NCBI GenBank assembly: GCA_965212015.1
Contig: OZ243037.1
Span: 544,001-608,000 of the forward strand
DNA: 64,000 nucleotides
Source of the DNA: Cenarchaeum sp.
GTDB taxonomy: Archaea > Thermoproteota > Nitrososphaeria > Nitrososphaerales > Nitrosopumilaceae
Direction: 5' to 3'
The translations under genes were made by a program, and so were the position numbers. Shown in pieces: positions 10,421-20,802 of this stretch (position 1 is its first letter; each line of letters begins with the position of its first letter). The notes below the pieces were generated by a model that had not been told where the DNA came from, did no database searches, and saw only the letters and a list, made by a program, of their open reading frames with translations.

Positions 10421-12271
10421 CTACATCTTTTTTGTCGCCGGAATCCCAAGCAGGTCCATTGCCTTTTCCAGCGTGGATGCAAAAGAGCTTACAAGGCACA
10501 GCCGGGCGTTTATCCTTGCGGCATCAGAGTCGAGAATCCTGACATGCTCGTAGAATCCGTTGAATGCGACTGCGAGGCCGTGGCAGTACCTTGCCACCAC
10601 CTTGGGCGAAATGTTGTTTGCGGCATCAGTCACGCATATTGCAAACGTGCCTATCATCTTTACTAGCTCCCTCTCATAGTCGCCATCCAGCAGCCCGTAA
10701 TCTGCGTCAAAATCAGGCGCAGAGCCGTGCCTCTCCAGGACCCTTACTGCGCGCGCATAGCCGTACTGTATGTATGACGCAGTGTCACCCTCCAGGCTGA
10801 GGGATTTTGCCGCATCAAATGCGATGGGCTTGTCCAGATCCTGCCTTATCATCTCGTATCGGATCGTGGCCACGGCAATGTCGCCGGCAATGCCCCGCAC
10901 GGACGCATCATCGAGTAACGGGTTTTTTTTCCTCGTCTCGTCTTGCGCCCTCTTTCGTAACAGCTCAAGGACGGTGTCGGCGTTTACGTACAGGCCCTTC
11001 CTGCCGGACATTTGCGCAGGCTTTGCCCCAAGCTCGCCGGCAGTCTCGCCGCTGAGCGTGACGGATTCGTAGCTCAGGTGTACGTACGCATTGTCGGACT
11101 GGAACTCGTCTATCAGCGACTTTATCATCTGCTGCAGGCGGAGCTGGCGCGAGTCAATCACGGTGATCACCCGCCGGCCGGAAAAATCCCGCCGGGGTTT
11201 TCCGTCGTATGGAAGGACCGTCTGCCAGAGCGTCCTTCCGGGCTGCTCCCTCTTGTATTTTGCATAGCCGAACGGATCGTCTATCAGCCCTAGCTTCCAT
11301 GCCGCATACGGTATGTCCTTTGCCATGTATGTGGCAGTGCCGTCGCTTCTCACCAGCACCTTGTCGTCCTGCCCGTCCCTGCCGCGTATTACCCAGCAGC
11401 CGGAGTTTCTGCCGTCTGATTCCAGCTCTATGAGCTTCATCTTTTTGAGCTTGGCAAACACGTCCCCCCACATGCCGGACCGGATTATGTGGGACTCGAA
11501 ATTGAGACAGTCGTATGTCACCGACAGGCTCCAGCACGTCTCTAGCTGCCCGTCGAGCACCCTTTTTGTCATCCTGTCTGCGAATCGGGCAGTATCTGAC
11601 GTGCCGTCCTCAAGCTCCCGCAGTATCTCCTGGCGCCTCTCCTTGAGGCCGGGATCCTGCTCGTATTTCTTTGTGGTCTGCACGTATACCGTGTCGCCGC
11701 AGTACTGGTCAAACTTGCCGGGCGGATCCTGCTCGAATCCCAGCTCCATAAACCCCAGCACAATGTCTGCCACCTGCAGGCCAGAGTCATCAACATAATT
11801 GAGCACGCTGACGCAGAATCCGGCCTTGCGGAGTATCCGGGCCACGGTATCACCTATCACTATATTCCGGACGTGGCCTATGTGCAGCGCCTTGTTGGGG
11901 TTTACGCTGGTGTGCTCTATTGTAATTGCCTGCCCGCCCAGCGAGACGCACCCGTAATTGCCGCGCATCGAGTCGGCAATCACGGCCTTGTTCATCGCAG
12001 GCCGGTTTACAAAAAAGTTCAGGTATCCGGACTTGTGCGCCTGCGTCTCTGATACGAGGCCGCCGCAGGCATACCCGTCGGAGAGCCTGCCTGCAATCTC
12101 AAAGGGGCTTGTCCCCAGCCGCTTTGCCAGCAGGAACGGCGCATTGGAGGAGAGATCCCCGAACTGCGGCCTTGAAATCACTACTGCAAAGTCGACTGAC
12201 GGCATTCCCAGCTTTGAGATTGTCCCCGCAAGGTTTGCGCGCACCTCCCGCATGAGGGACTCGTAGGTCAT
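10421..12271 (-). CDS. argS: Arginine--tRNA ligase
   Basis: EHTSVNPNKALHIGHVRN (HIGH motif), MSGRKG, GDTASYIQYGYAR anticodon-binding domain. Start set at MTYESL. Confidence 0.95.
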   Translation of the reverse strand: MTYESLMREVRANLAGTISKLGMPSVDFAVVISRPQFGDLSSNAPFLLAKRLGTSPFEIAGRLSDGYACGGLVSETQAHKSGYLNFFVNRPAMNKAVIADSMRGNYGCVSLGGQAITIEHTSVNPNKALHIGHVRNIVIGDTVARILRKAGFCVSVLNYVDDSGLQVADIVLGFMELGFEQDPPGKFDQYCGDTVYVQTTKKYEQDPGLKERRQEILRELEDGTSDTARFADRMTKRVLDGQLETCWSLSVTYDCLNFESHIIRSGMWGDVFAKLKKMKLIELESDGRNSGCWVIRGRDGQDDKVLVRSDGTATYMAKDIPYAAWKLGLIDDPFGYAKYKREQPGRTLWQTVLPYDGKPRRDFSGRRVITVIDSRQLRLQQMIKSLIDEFQSDNAYVHLSYESVTLSGETAGELGAKPAQMSGRKGLYVNADTVLELLRKRAQDETRKKNPLLDDASVRGIAGDIAVATIRYEMIRQDLDKPIAFDAAKSLSLEGDTASYIQYGYARAVRVLERHGSAPDFDADYGLLDGDYERELVKMIGTFAICVTDAANNISPKVVARYCHGLAVAFNGFYEHVRILDSDAARINARLCLVSSFASTLEKAMDLLGIPATKKM

Positions 12272-12421
12272 GGCGCCCCGCCCGCAGGATGGCGCGAGCC
12301 GGTACGGCCGCATGTGTCTGGCGCGCAAGGCATGGATTTCGCATGCCGCCGTTCCCTTGTTAATGTTGCTAGGGCGCAAAGATAAAGGAATATTTACAAA
12401 AAAAAACAAAGGTGGTGTGAC

Positions 12422-13531
12422 TTGGGAATCCCCGAAAAGATCAAGGCCATCCAGGACGAGATGGCAAAGACGCAGATCAACAAGGCCACCGAGCACCACG
12501 TCGGGCTGCTAAAGGCAAAGATCTCAAAGCTGAGGCGCGAGCAGGAGGACAACCAGTCCAAAAAGGACGGCGCAAAGTCCGACGGATTTGACGTGAGGAG
12601 GGCAGGCGATGCGACAGTCGTGTTCATCGGGCTGCCAAGCGTCGGCAAGTCAACCCTGCTAAACAGGCTGACAGACGCCAACTCCGCCATAGGGGCATTC
12701 CAGTTTACGACGCTGACAGTGGTGCCCGGAATGATGGAGTACAAGGGGGCAAGAATACAGGTGCTTGACCTGCCCGGGATAATAAGGGGCGCATCAAGCG
12801 GAAAGGGGCTCGGAAAGAGAATCCTTGCAGTTGCGCGAAACGCCGACCTGGTGCTGCTGATACTGGACGTCTTTCAGCCGTACCACGAGGACGTGCTGGT
12901 AAACGAGCTGGGAAACATCGGGATACGCCTCAACCAAAAGCCCCCCAACATAGTAGTCGAAAAGACGCACACCGGCGGCATAGCGGTGGCGCAGCAAAAA
13001 AAACTCACAAGGACGTCTGAAAAGTTCCTCAGGGACATACTGCACCTGTACGGGTACAGCAGCGCAAGGGTGGTCATAAGGGAAGACATCAGCTCAGAGC
13101 AGCTAGTGGATCACATTTCGGGAAACAAGACGTACGCAAAAGCGCTGACCGTAATCAACAAGATTGATCTCGTCGACAAAAAGTTCCTTGACACCCTAAA
13201 GACAAAGATAAAGTCCAGGTTCATACAGGTATCTGCGGACTCGAATCAGAACATCGAGGAGCTCAAGGAGAGGATATACGAGGATTTGGAGTTCATCAGG
13301 ATATACATGAGGCCAAAGGGCGGCGAGACGGACTATAAGGAGCCGCTCATCATGAGAAAAAACGCCACGATCGGAAACGTCTGCGACAAGCTGCACCGGA
13401 ACATGAGAAAGCAGTTCAGATATGCGATGGTCTGGGGGGCAAGCGTAAAGTTCGGCGGGCAGCGCGTCGGAATAAGCCACACCATGCAAGACGAGGACGT
13501 GCTGACGATAATCAAGACGAGGGGAGTATAG
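12422..13531 (+). CDS. DRG/OBG-family GTP-binding protein with TGS domain
   Basis: TQINKATEHH, GLPSVGKST, FTTLT, DLPG, NKID, C-terminal TGS domain. Confidence 0.95.
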   Translation: MGIPEKIKAIQDEMAKTQINKATEHHVGLLKAKISKLRREQEDNQSKKDGAKSDGFDVRRAGDATVVFIGLPSVGKSTLLNRLTDANSAIGAFQFTTLTVVPGMMEYKGARIQVLDLPGIIRGASSGKGLGKRILAVARNADLVLLILDVFQPYHEDVLVNELGNIGIRLNQKPPNIVVEKTHTGGIAVAQQKKLTRTSEKFLRDILHLYGYSSARVVIREDISSEQLVDHISGNKTYAKALTVINKIDLVDKKFLDTLKTKIKSRFIQVSADSNQNIEELKERIYEDLEFIRIYMRPKGGETDYKEPLIMRKNATIGNVCDKLHRNMRKQFRYAMVWGASVKFGGQRVGISHTMQDEDVLTIIKTRGV

Positions 13532-13670
13532 ATCGGATGCGCCGGTTGCAGGATCGATCTTTGTGCGATCAGTAAAAGATTTTCAAAAAAAACCGTGTAT
13601 AATTTATAATCACTTTGTGTAATTTTGTTTAGTTTTACTATAGAAAAGGAATGAAAATGACGGTTTAGCC

Positions 13671-14006
13671 ATGGCTACGAAAAGAAAAGCAGCTAGAAAG
13701 GGCGGCGCCAAACGCAAGGCCAGCAGTACCAGACGCAAGACGACTGGAAAGAGAAAGACTGCGGCCAAAAAAGGTGCCAAACGCAAGACCGGTGGAGCAA
13801 AGCGCAAGACCGGTGGTGCAAAGCGCAAGGCCAGCAGTACCAGACGCAAGACAACTAAAAGGAGAAAGACTGCGGCCAAAAAGACGGGTGCCAAACGCAA
13901 GACCAAGCGCAAGACGACCAGGCGCAAGTCTTCAAAGACAGGCACAAAACGCAAGGCACCAGCCAAGAGAAAAGCTGCTTCAAAGCGAAAAACGAAAAAA
14001 AGGTGA
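13671..14006 (+). CDS. Histone H1/HC2-like Lys/Arg-rich basic protein
   Basis: 111 aa almost entirely K/R/A/T/G/S with repeated AKRK(T/A) units; AT-rich promoter-like region upstream. Confidence 0.8.
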   Translation: MATKRKAARKGGAKRKASSTRRKTTGKRKTAAKKGAKRKTGGAKRKTGGAKRKASSTRRKTTKRRKTAAKKTGAKRKTKRKTTRRKSSKTGTKRKAPAKRKAASKRKTKKR

Positions 14007-14155
14007 GATCGCCACGATTAACAGTCGTCAACACGGTTGGCGATTGTTTACTTTTTTAACCCCATTTTTATGAACCATTCAGGAATTCTCAAGCAGGGAT
14101 CATTGTACCTTCCAGGGACAGTCATTCTGATTCGCGCCATCCGGCCGCCGCAAAA

Positions 14156-14184
14156 CCGGATCAATGCCTTGTTTTATCAGCACC
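14156..14184 (+). repeat. 29-bp direct repeat, left copy (flanks AbiE-like islet)
   Basis: ccggatcaatgccttgttttatcagcacc; 28/29 identical to 15745-15773. Confidence 0.85.
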
Positions 14185-14427
14185 ATTCCTCATGCCGTAA
14201 TCCCGCCCCGCAGCCCATGCCGGCGTCGCGTCCGGAATTTTTTCCAGCGGATATGGATTGCGCCATGCCACAATGCACGCCATCAGATGTCACCCCGGAA
14301 TCATGCGTCCATGCATTGTGTGACAGTCAGTTTTGTCGTATTTCTGGAATCCACGCCCATTGCGACACACAATTTTGCTAGCCCCCGTTTGTCACCCTCG
14401 CCGCAGCCCGCATCCGGCGAGGCAAGG

Positions 14428-14927
14428 TTATTCGGATGCGGCATAGAGTTTCATGGTGCGTGCAATCTCTTTGAACTCAAAGTCGTTTTGGACAAGCGCT
14501 TCCAAAAGGTCCCAATCAATTCTCCTGGAACAGTACACTGCAGGCAGGTGCAGATCCTCCAAATCCTGAATCCCTTTTTGCCCTGAATTTTGTCCCTTCA
14601 GACAGATCGATTTTATCCCATCCCCCTTTTTGCCGACAGGGAATGTCGTCCTCGTCTCGATAATCCTGTCCAGAGAAATCCCGTTTAAATCCCTAGAATG
14701 ATAAACGTCGATCTTGAAATGTCTTGGAGTGTATATTTTTTCCCCGCCGTTTTCATTCACTATCCCGGATTTAGAAATTCATCCCTTTTCATTTGTCTGG
14801 GAGTTACAGAGCCAATATCTTGTGATTCCCGGCTTTTTTTGGTATGCAAAAACACGGCGACTGCCCCGACAAATGTGGCATCAAGCTCATCTGCAATCAG
14901 AGCCGCCTCCTCAACGTATGGGTTCAG
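14428..14927 (-). pseudogene. Frameshifted AbiEii-like nucleotidyltransferase (type IV TA toxin)
   Basis: First frame (14927-14760) LNPYVEE...FVGAVAVFLHTKKSRESQDIG resembles the G.A...H..R.T.DID motif with D->G and ends in TAG. Second frame (14760-14428) ...KIDVY...QDLEDLHL...IDWDLL is a typical C-terminus. Confidence 0.6.
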
Positions 14928-15585
14928 CCGGCAGATCCTCCTGTACCTTTAGCAGCGTTTCTATCATGAATCGAGCCCCGGTGGAAATCTCGCCTGCATG
15001 CCTCAGCTGGATTGCAATCGCATCCATCGTGCTTCTTCCCCCCTTTGCAACGCAGTCCAGAAAGACCCTTTCTGCGATATTTTCAAACGTTCCTGTTTTC
15101 GGAAGGATTACGACGTTTCCCTTTTTCCCCTCCCGAAAGTTATTCGTCTTTAAAAAAAGCGCCGTTTTTTCAGCATCATCCACGTATGCATAAAGCTCAC
15201 GAACAGACTGGAATTTGGTCATTTGATGCGCCGGATAATCCAGCGTCATTATTGCGTTTTTTGGCAGGTTTCTCACCATGAAATTAATGTCAGATGACCC
15301 GTATGATCTTCCGAATCTTCTTGCCTGAACTAGCGCGACAAGCGAGGGAACAAGTTTTTCCAAGACGCAAATCGGCTGTGAAACGACCTCGCTTTTGATG
15401 CTAAACTGTCCCCTGCGGTATTGCGCCAGTCCTATTTCCGATAGTTTTTTTATTTTTCTATAAACGGTTCTTTGATGAGTTTTTTTTGCCACGTCTTTTA
15501 TCCTGTATGCCGGCCTAGGCAAAAGCCCCTGGGCAAACTGCAGCGCGTCCTGATATGGCAAGATGGACATTGTTTCGTATTTCAT
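14911..15585 (-). CDS. wHTH-containing AbiEi-like antitoxin / transcriptional regulator
   Basis: N-terminal HTH-like IKDVAKK.HQRTVYRKIKKLSEIGL; C-terminal YAYV...GNVVIL...ERVFLDC..GGRS.DA resembles AbiEi. Overlaps the NTase pseudogene downstream. Confidence 0.6.
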   Translation of the reverse strand: MKYETMSILPYQDALQFAQGLLPRPAYRIKDVAKKTHQRTVYRKIKKLSEIGLAQYRRGQFSIKSEVVSQPICVLEKLVPSLVALVQARRFGRSYGSSDINFMVRNLPKNAIMTLDYPAHQMTKFQSVRELYAYVDDAEKTALFLKTNNFREGKKGNVVILPKTGTFENIAERVFLDCVAKGGRSTMDAIAIQLRHAGEISTGARFMIETLLKVQEDLPAEPIR

Positions 15586-15744
15586 CGCATTATGTGTATA
15601 TGCCAAGTATTTATAGTTTAGACAAAATTATACAGTTATTTATATACTGTGCAATGTTATACGGATTGGGAAAAGCGCCCAACAGCGTATGCCCGTAAAC
15701 GGGATTTGTGACACTGGCACAAATAACAAGACGGCCGCATGCAT

Positions 15745-15773
15745 CCGGATCAATGCCTTGTTTTATCGGCACC
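15745..15773 (+). repeat. 29-bp direct repeat, right copy
   Basis: ccggatcaatgccttgttttatcggcacc. Confidence 0.85.
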
Positions 15774-15788
15774 TACCGTATTGCCGCC

Positions 15789-17060
15789 TCAGTACAGATA
15801 GCTTTGCAGTTTGATCTGCTCTTCTGTGCTGATCATGTTTTTGCTGGTAAGTATCTCCAACAGCTCCTTGAAGAGCATCTTTTGCTGCTCAGATAGTCCG
15901 CCTGCCGAGCCCTTGTCGCCGGGAGGACCAGGCGGACCCTTTGGGCCAGAAGCGCCCACGGTGCCCTGCTCGCCTTGCGGGCCGGACTCTCCGGGCGGGC
16001 CTGCATGGCCTGCCTGACCCTGCTCGCCCTGCGGTCCCTGCACCCCCTGGGGTCCCTGCGGGCCCTTGTCGCCAGGCGTGCCCTGGACTCCCCGCTCACC
16101 CTGAAGGCCGGCAGTACCCTGAGGCCCCTTGTCGCCGGAGGGGCCCGTGGGGCCGGTGAGTCCCTTGTCGCCCTGGCGTCCCGCCGGACCCTTGTCGCCT
16201 TTTTCACCCTGCGGGCCGGGAACGCCGGTGAGTCCCTTGTCGCCGGATTCGCCCTGTGAGCCCTGCGGCCCCTTGTCGCCGGTGGCACCCTGTGGACCTT
16301 TCGGGCCGGGCGGGCCTGGAATTCCCAGTATTCCCTTGTCGCCCGGAGATCCGACGGGGCCGGTCTCGCCTTTTGGGCCGGCAGGGCCGCGTTCTCCTCC
16401 AGTCCCCTTGTCGCCGGGCAGACCGGTCGGCCCCCTGCCGCCCTTGTCGCCGACTAGCCCGTGCGGGCCGGGCGGGCCCTTGTCGCCGGCAGAACCGGCA
16501 GGACCCTTGTCGCCCTTGTCACCGTGCGGGCCGGCAGGACCCTTGTCGCCCTTGTCACCCTTGTCGCCGGTAAGGCCCTTGGGGCCCACAGGACCCTTGT
16601 CGCCGGCGGGGCCGACAGGGCCTACCGTACCCTTGTCGCCGCGCGGCCCGGGAATCCCCCTGTTGCCGGAGGCAGGAATAGTTCTTTCAGGTTTTCTTGG
16701 CGGCTTGTCGATACGCGAGTCATCGCGCGGCTTTTCGGGGGCCTCCCCGCCTGCAAGCTTTATGTCAAAAACGGAATGCGCCTCGGAGAACTGGTCTAGC
16801 ACTATTATCCAGGCAGACGGCAGCTCAAAGACCTGCCTTGGGACGGGGTTTTTCTCGTCGCCTAGCACCTGGGCGAACATGCCGTCTTTGACGCGCAGGT
16901 GATAGCTCTCAGACCACAGCGAGGGAAATTTCTTGGAGGCAGCCTCTGCGGCCGACGGCTTTTTGGCGGCAATGTATACTGTTACCTCAAAGACCCCGGT
17001 CTGTCCGAATGGGGCCTTGCCGCGCACCTCCAATCTTGATTTAATGTCAGACATCACCAT
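15789..17060 (-). CDS. Collagen-like triple-helix protein
   Basis: About 85 uninterrupted Gly-X-Y triplets rich in GDK/GPx; globular N-domain ([20 protein letters not shown]) and short helical C-terminus. Confidence 0.9.
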   Translation of the reverse strand: MVMSDIKSRLEVRGKAPFGQTGVFEVTVYIAAKKPSAAEAASKKFPSLWSESYHLRVKDGMFAQVLGDEKNPVPRQVFELPSAWIIVLDQFSEAHSVFDIKLAGGEAPEKPRDDSRIDKPPRKPERTIPASGNRGIPGPRGDKGTVGPVGPAGDKGPVGPKGLTGDKGDKGDKGPAGPHGDKGDKGPAGSAGDKGPPGPHGLVGDKGGRGPTGLPGDKGTGGERGPAGPKGETGPVGSPGDKGILGIPGPPGPKGPQGATGDKGPQGSQGESGDKGLTGVPGPQGEKGDKGPAGRQGDKGLTGPTGPSGDKGPQGTAGLQGERGVQGTPGDKGPQGPQGVQGPQGEQGQAGHAGPPGESGPQGEQGTVGASGPKGPPGPPGDKGSAGGLSEQQKMLFKELLEILTSKNMISTEEQIKLQSYLY

Positions 17061-17139
17061 GGATAAGAGCACGAGGTATTTTTGTATTTTCAAGCTAGGA
17101 TATGAAAACCGGCAGGCAGGGATGAGGCGGGCATGGCTT

Positions 17140-17222
17140 GGCGTACTGTCAACATTTTCCGAGATGGCTCAGGCGTGGCCTGAATCAGGCAGAAAAGCCG
17201 AGGAAACTGCCAGAGGCGACCT
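17140..17222 (+). repeat. 83-bp direct repeat, left copy (flanks AT-rich islet)
   Basis: 76/83 identical to 18752-18834. Confidence 0.9.
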
Positions 17223-17230
17223 AACGTATG

Positions 17231-17297
17231 GGATCACGTCTTACTGTAATTAGGCGTGAATTTTGCGTCACAAGATGTCTTTTAGGCAGGACAGGTG
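17231..17297 (+). repeat. Dispersed ~65-bp repeat, similar to 31322-31387
   Basis: aattaggcgtgaattttgcgtca...tgtcttttaggcaggacaggtg vs aattaggcgcaaattttgcatca...tgtcttttaggcaagacaggtg. Confidence 0.75.
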
Positions 17298-17438
17298 AAC
17301 CTCGTACGACCTACCGGTTACCCTCTGGCGGTATCATAAAATACGTAAAAAGACGCCAAAATATAAAAAATATAATTAGTATATTATGCATACTATACAT
17401 ACTATATTAATATATTACTCCATATAGTAAATAATAAC

Positions 17439-17591
17439 ATGAAAAACGCAGAGTTTGGCCACAAGACAGAGGAAGTAAGCTGGTCAAAGGAGGACACGGC
17501 ATTCCTAGATTACCTAATAAAAACAGAAAGCAAGGATATTCCCACAAGCTTTAAAGAGATAAAAGCAATGCACGAATCAATTCCTTATTAG
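17439..17591 (+). CDS. 50-aa putative antitoxin (not in ORF track)
   Basis: MKNAEFGHKTEEVSWSKEDTAFLDYLIKTESKDIPTSFKEIKAMHESIPY; follows a very AT-rich promoter; its stop abuts the ATG of the RelE-like gene. Confidence 0.5.
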   Translation: MKNAEFGHKTEEVSWSKEDTAFLDYLIKTESKDIPTSFKEIKAMHESIPY

Positions 17592-17845
17592 ATGAAAATC
17601 ATTGCATATGATTCTAAATTTGAATCGAATTTGAAATTCCAGTTTTACAGCAGGAGGGTTTAGTTGTAAATTTGATTGAGAAAATAGAGAGTGCCTCCAG
17701 TTTTGACGAGTTAAAATTGATCGTGCCCTGTACCAACAAAAAGAATTTTTATTTCATACAGGATAATATCTGCAAGCTGTATTTTGAGCATATCCCACAG
17801 GCAAATCAGATAAAGATATGGAATTTTGTGTTTATTAATTGTTGA
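17592..17845 (+). pseudogene. Frameshifted RelE/ParE-like toxin
   Basis: MKIIAYDSKFESNLK... stops at 17663. A second frame continues VVNLIEKIESASSFDELKLIVPCTNKKNFYFIQDNICKLYFEHIPQANQIKIWNF. Size and pattern are RelE-like. Confidence 0.5.
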
Positions 17846-18751
17846 TTTGGGAAAATATCGCATCCGTCCAGGTTTTTGTAGTCATAGTCTGTTATTTTTG
17901 GGCATGCCGGCAGCAGATCCTCGCAAATGAGCTGTGTCAGTCCGGCACAGATTCCACAGGCCCAAAACAATACGCAAATCCCGCCGCGTTTTCTCTACGG
18001 CAAGATGGCAGACCCGCAACCGGGAAAGGCCAATTATGATGTGACGTGTTTAATCCAGGTGGAACCAGACAGTATCCAACGCCATAATTTTATATGCATG
18101 TGGCGACCAGTCAAGTGTTTGGCGCTTGAAGGGTTTGTATCGCATCTTTCGGGACATGGCATGGTTAGTGTAGCCAGATTAAAAGACGAGGGTAAAGAGG
18201 GCGCACTGAAAACCGCCTAAAGGTTCAAAAATACACATATTTGGCCAAATATTTCGGGCCGGATCTCGGCCATACATACATCTGCGCGGGCCACACTCTA
18301 GTGGACTGACGTCGGATTACTATCTGGACATTGCAAACATGGCATCGGCGCCACCTGCTCTACGTCAAGAATTTTTGTCAGTTCTGGTGGGCAAGAGCGC
18401 CGATTGGTCGGATATTGCATCGACCATACTGCACGAGACGAATCATGATGAGGGTTCAATGCTGGAGCACTTGCATGCCAGTGTGATCATGGGCCAAAAT
18501 TCATTGATTCTGTCTGTTCGGAATAGACTGGTATTCACCTATTGTAAGCTCTGATGGCATGTTCAGGATTTGGTTGCGTGCCCTATCATTTTTCAGATCC
18601 CCGACATGTCTTAATATCTGAGAGTCAACGGCTTGTCAGAAAATCTGTGGCATCAGGGATGCTCTGATCGCTTTGTGCCGTCGTGATTCAATTGCCGGCC
18701 TATATCCAAAGATGCAGATGGGTATTGCCACAGAGGCGGCCTGTATGGCCC

Positions 18752-18834
18752 GGCGTACTGTCAACATTTTCCGGGATGGCTCAGGCGTGGCCCGAATCGG
18801 GCAGAAAAGCCGCGGGAATTGCCAGAGGCGGCCT
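18752..18834 (+). repeat. 83-bp direct repeat, right copy
   Basis: ggcgtactgtcaacattttccgggatggctcaggcgtggcccgaatcgggcagaaaagccgcgggaattgccagaggcggcct. Confidence 0.9.
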
Positions 18835-18895
18835 GATCTCCTGCCTTTGGGCGTGGGAATGGTATTTATCTAGAAAAACGGCCCTATCAGAAATA

Positions 18896-20020
18896 ATGAA
18901 GAGACTGCCAGGCAGGTTTGCAAAGGACACCCCGAGGCCCAAAAAGGACATGGAGCTTACCGATGCGGACTATCAGAGGCGCAAGTTCTTCAAAAAGGGG
19001 ATAAACCTGATGGCCGACGAGAGGCTCGAGGAGGCATCAGCCGCCTTTGAGCAGGCCCTCAGAATCGAGCCGGACAATGTAGAGACGCTAATCAAGCTAG
19101 GCTATGCAAAGTTTCACCTAAATGATCACACAAACTCCCTAAAGGTGTACGACAGGATACTTGACATCGATGTTACAAACGCAGAGACGTGGAACCTAAA
19201 GTCGCTGGTGCACTATGAGCAGAAAAACTTTTCAAAGGCGCTGGACTGCGTGGAAAAGGCGACTGACTCTGATCCCACGTACGGAATGGCGTGGTACAAC
19301 AAGGCGTGCTATCTCTCGCTTTTGATGCAGATTCCCGAGGCAATCGAGACGCTAAAGCGCTCAATTGAGATCGACGTAAAGAACGCAAGAAAGGCAGTAA
19401 AGGACAGGGACTTTGTAAACGTCAGAGTCGAGGACGGCTTTAGGAGGATAATAGAGGTGGTGGTGCTAGAATCCATAAGGCAGGGATACCACACCATCGG
19501 CGCCATAGTATGGACCACGTTTATCAGCAAGGCCGACACCATAGACGCCCTGACAAAGCTGCAAGAAAAGGGCATGGTCGTAAAAAACGAGAAAAGGGAT
19601 GGGCTGCACAAGATTCCAATATACGATCTCTCGCCGGACATTACAAAAAAGATAGGCACAGAAAAAAGGAACATTCTCGGAATCAGGAAAAGGAGGCTTC
19701 CAAGCACGGTCATAAACCTAAAGGGCATAAGCCAGTCCATACAGTCAATCAGGGCAGCAATTGACTCCGAAGACGTCGAGAAGATTACTGCGAGCTTTGA
19801 TGATCTGGTCGATTCCAAAAAGTTCGGCGAGCAGATAATAGAGCAGTTCTTTGAGGAGCACCGGGAGATAAGGCTGTGGAAGATCCGGCTAAAGGACCAC
19901 GGCATCGAGTTTCTGCACGACAACAGAAAAAAGATGCTCGACATGCTTGACAACATTGAGACGGCCGTGACAAAGCAGCTGCGCAACGAGGTCGCCTATT
20001 CGGCAGACAAGTCCCAATAG
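18896..20020 (+). CDS. Tetratricopeptide repeat protein
   Basis: Several TPRs (EEASAAFEQALRIEPDN, AWYNKACYLSL). Start moved to ATG 18896 because the upstream extension runs through the repeat. Confidence 0.85.
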   Translation: MKRLPGRFAKDTPRPKKDMELTDADYQRRKFFKKGINLMADERLEEASAAFEQALRIEPDNVETLIKLGYAKFHLNDHTNSLKVYDRILDIDVTNAETWNLKSLVHYEQKNFSKALDCVEKATDSDPTYGMAWYNKACYLSLLMQIPEAIETLKRSIEIDVKNARKAVKDRDFVNVRVEDGFRRIIEVVVLESIRQGYHTIGAIVWTTFISKADTIDALTKLQEKGMVVKNEKRDGLHKIPIYDLSPDITKKIGTEKRNILGIRKRRLPSTVINLKGISQSIQSIRAAIDSEDVEKITASFDDLVDSKKFGEQIIEQFFEEHREIRLWKIRLKDHGIEFLHDNRKKMLDMLDNIETAVTKQLRNEVAYSADKSQ

Positions 20021-20802
20021 TTTGCGTGTTCCTGCTTTTCTGTGGGCTTTTCCAGGCCCTTCCATTCCTTGAATGATCTCACGTACAGCCGCACGTTGGG
20101 CAGGCCGACGGACTTTAGCGCGTAATACGCCAGGCCCGAGAGCGTCCCGACGCTTCCGCAGTACGTGATTACCTCGTCTTTGGGCGAGATTCCCCTGTTC
20201 TCCAGCATGCGCCTCATCTCAGAGGGCGGGCGGATTATGCTCTGCGGCGACGCAAGCATCCGGTACGGGATGTTGAGCGCACCCGGTATGTGCTGCTCGA
20301 GATAGTTGAGCCGCTCCCTGTTGTCGACTAGCGTGACGCCCGGCCGCCCCTTTGACTCCTCAAGGTATGCCGCAGATGCCACAATGCCCTGGCGGGGCCG
20401 CAAGGAGTGCTCCCTTGGCGCTACATCGGGCAGTGCCGCATCGCACTCTAGACCCATGGACTTCCACGTGCCGTATGTTATGTCCAAAAGCGACACGTTA
20501 TCGTGGCCCAAATGCTCAAGGCTCCACGCCACCCGGGATGCCAGAGCCCCAAATGTGTCATCGTATACTGCCACTGCCGTCTCGTCGTCGACTCCAAGCG
20601 AGCCGAATATCTTTTGCACCCTTGAGGGGCTGTCATCTGAGAGAAGATCCGCAAGCGGCAGGCTGACTGAACCCGGTATGTGGTCGAGCCTGTAATCCTC
20701 CCCCCTCCGGACGTCAATTACGCGCACGCTCTTGTCACGTAGCTCGGATCTCAGCGAGTCTGCGTCAATCGTGACGCGCCGCGCCCCGCTCAGGCGGCAC
20801 AC
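19996..20802 (-). CDS. Two-domain rhodanese / sulfurtransferase
   Basis: VIDVR...HIPGS, HIPGA, active-site loop ITYCGSVG; exact start uncertain. Confidence 0.9.
   Translation of the reverse strand: MCRLSGARRVTIDADSLRSELRDKSVRVIDVRRGEDYRLDHIPGSVSLPLADLLSDDSPSRVQKIFGSLGVDDETAVAVYDDTFGALASRVAWSLEHLGHDNVSLLDITYGTWKSMGLECDAALPDVAPREHSLRPRQGIVASAAYLEESKGRPGVTLVDNRERLNYLEQHIPGALNIPYRMLASPQSIIRPPSEMRRMLENRGISPKDEVITYCGSVGTLSGLAYYALKSVGLPNVRLYVRSFKEWKGLEKPTEKQEHANYWDLSAE

Noticed and set aside
12272-12499. N-terminal extension of argS in the ORF track
   Set aside because: It overlaps the divergent GTPase gene and promoter; the recognisable protein begins at MTYESL (12271).
15900-16670. Periodic cccttgtcgcc repeats as a CRISPR or non-coding array
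   Set aside because: Explained by GDKG codons of the collagen-like CDS.
17839-18554. ORFs 17927-18220 and 18339-18554 as genes
   Set aside because: No recognisable motifs; probably degraded remnants within the islet.
18683-18895. N-terminal extension of the TPR protein, and similar peptide in ORF 16933-17253
   Set aside because: Both translate the non-coding 83-bp direct repeat.
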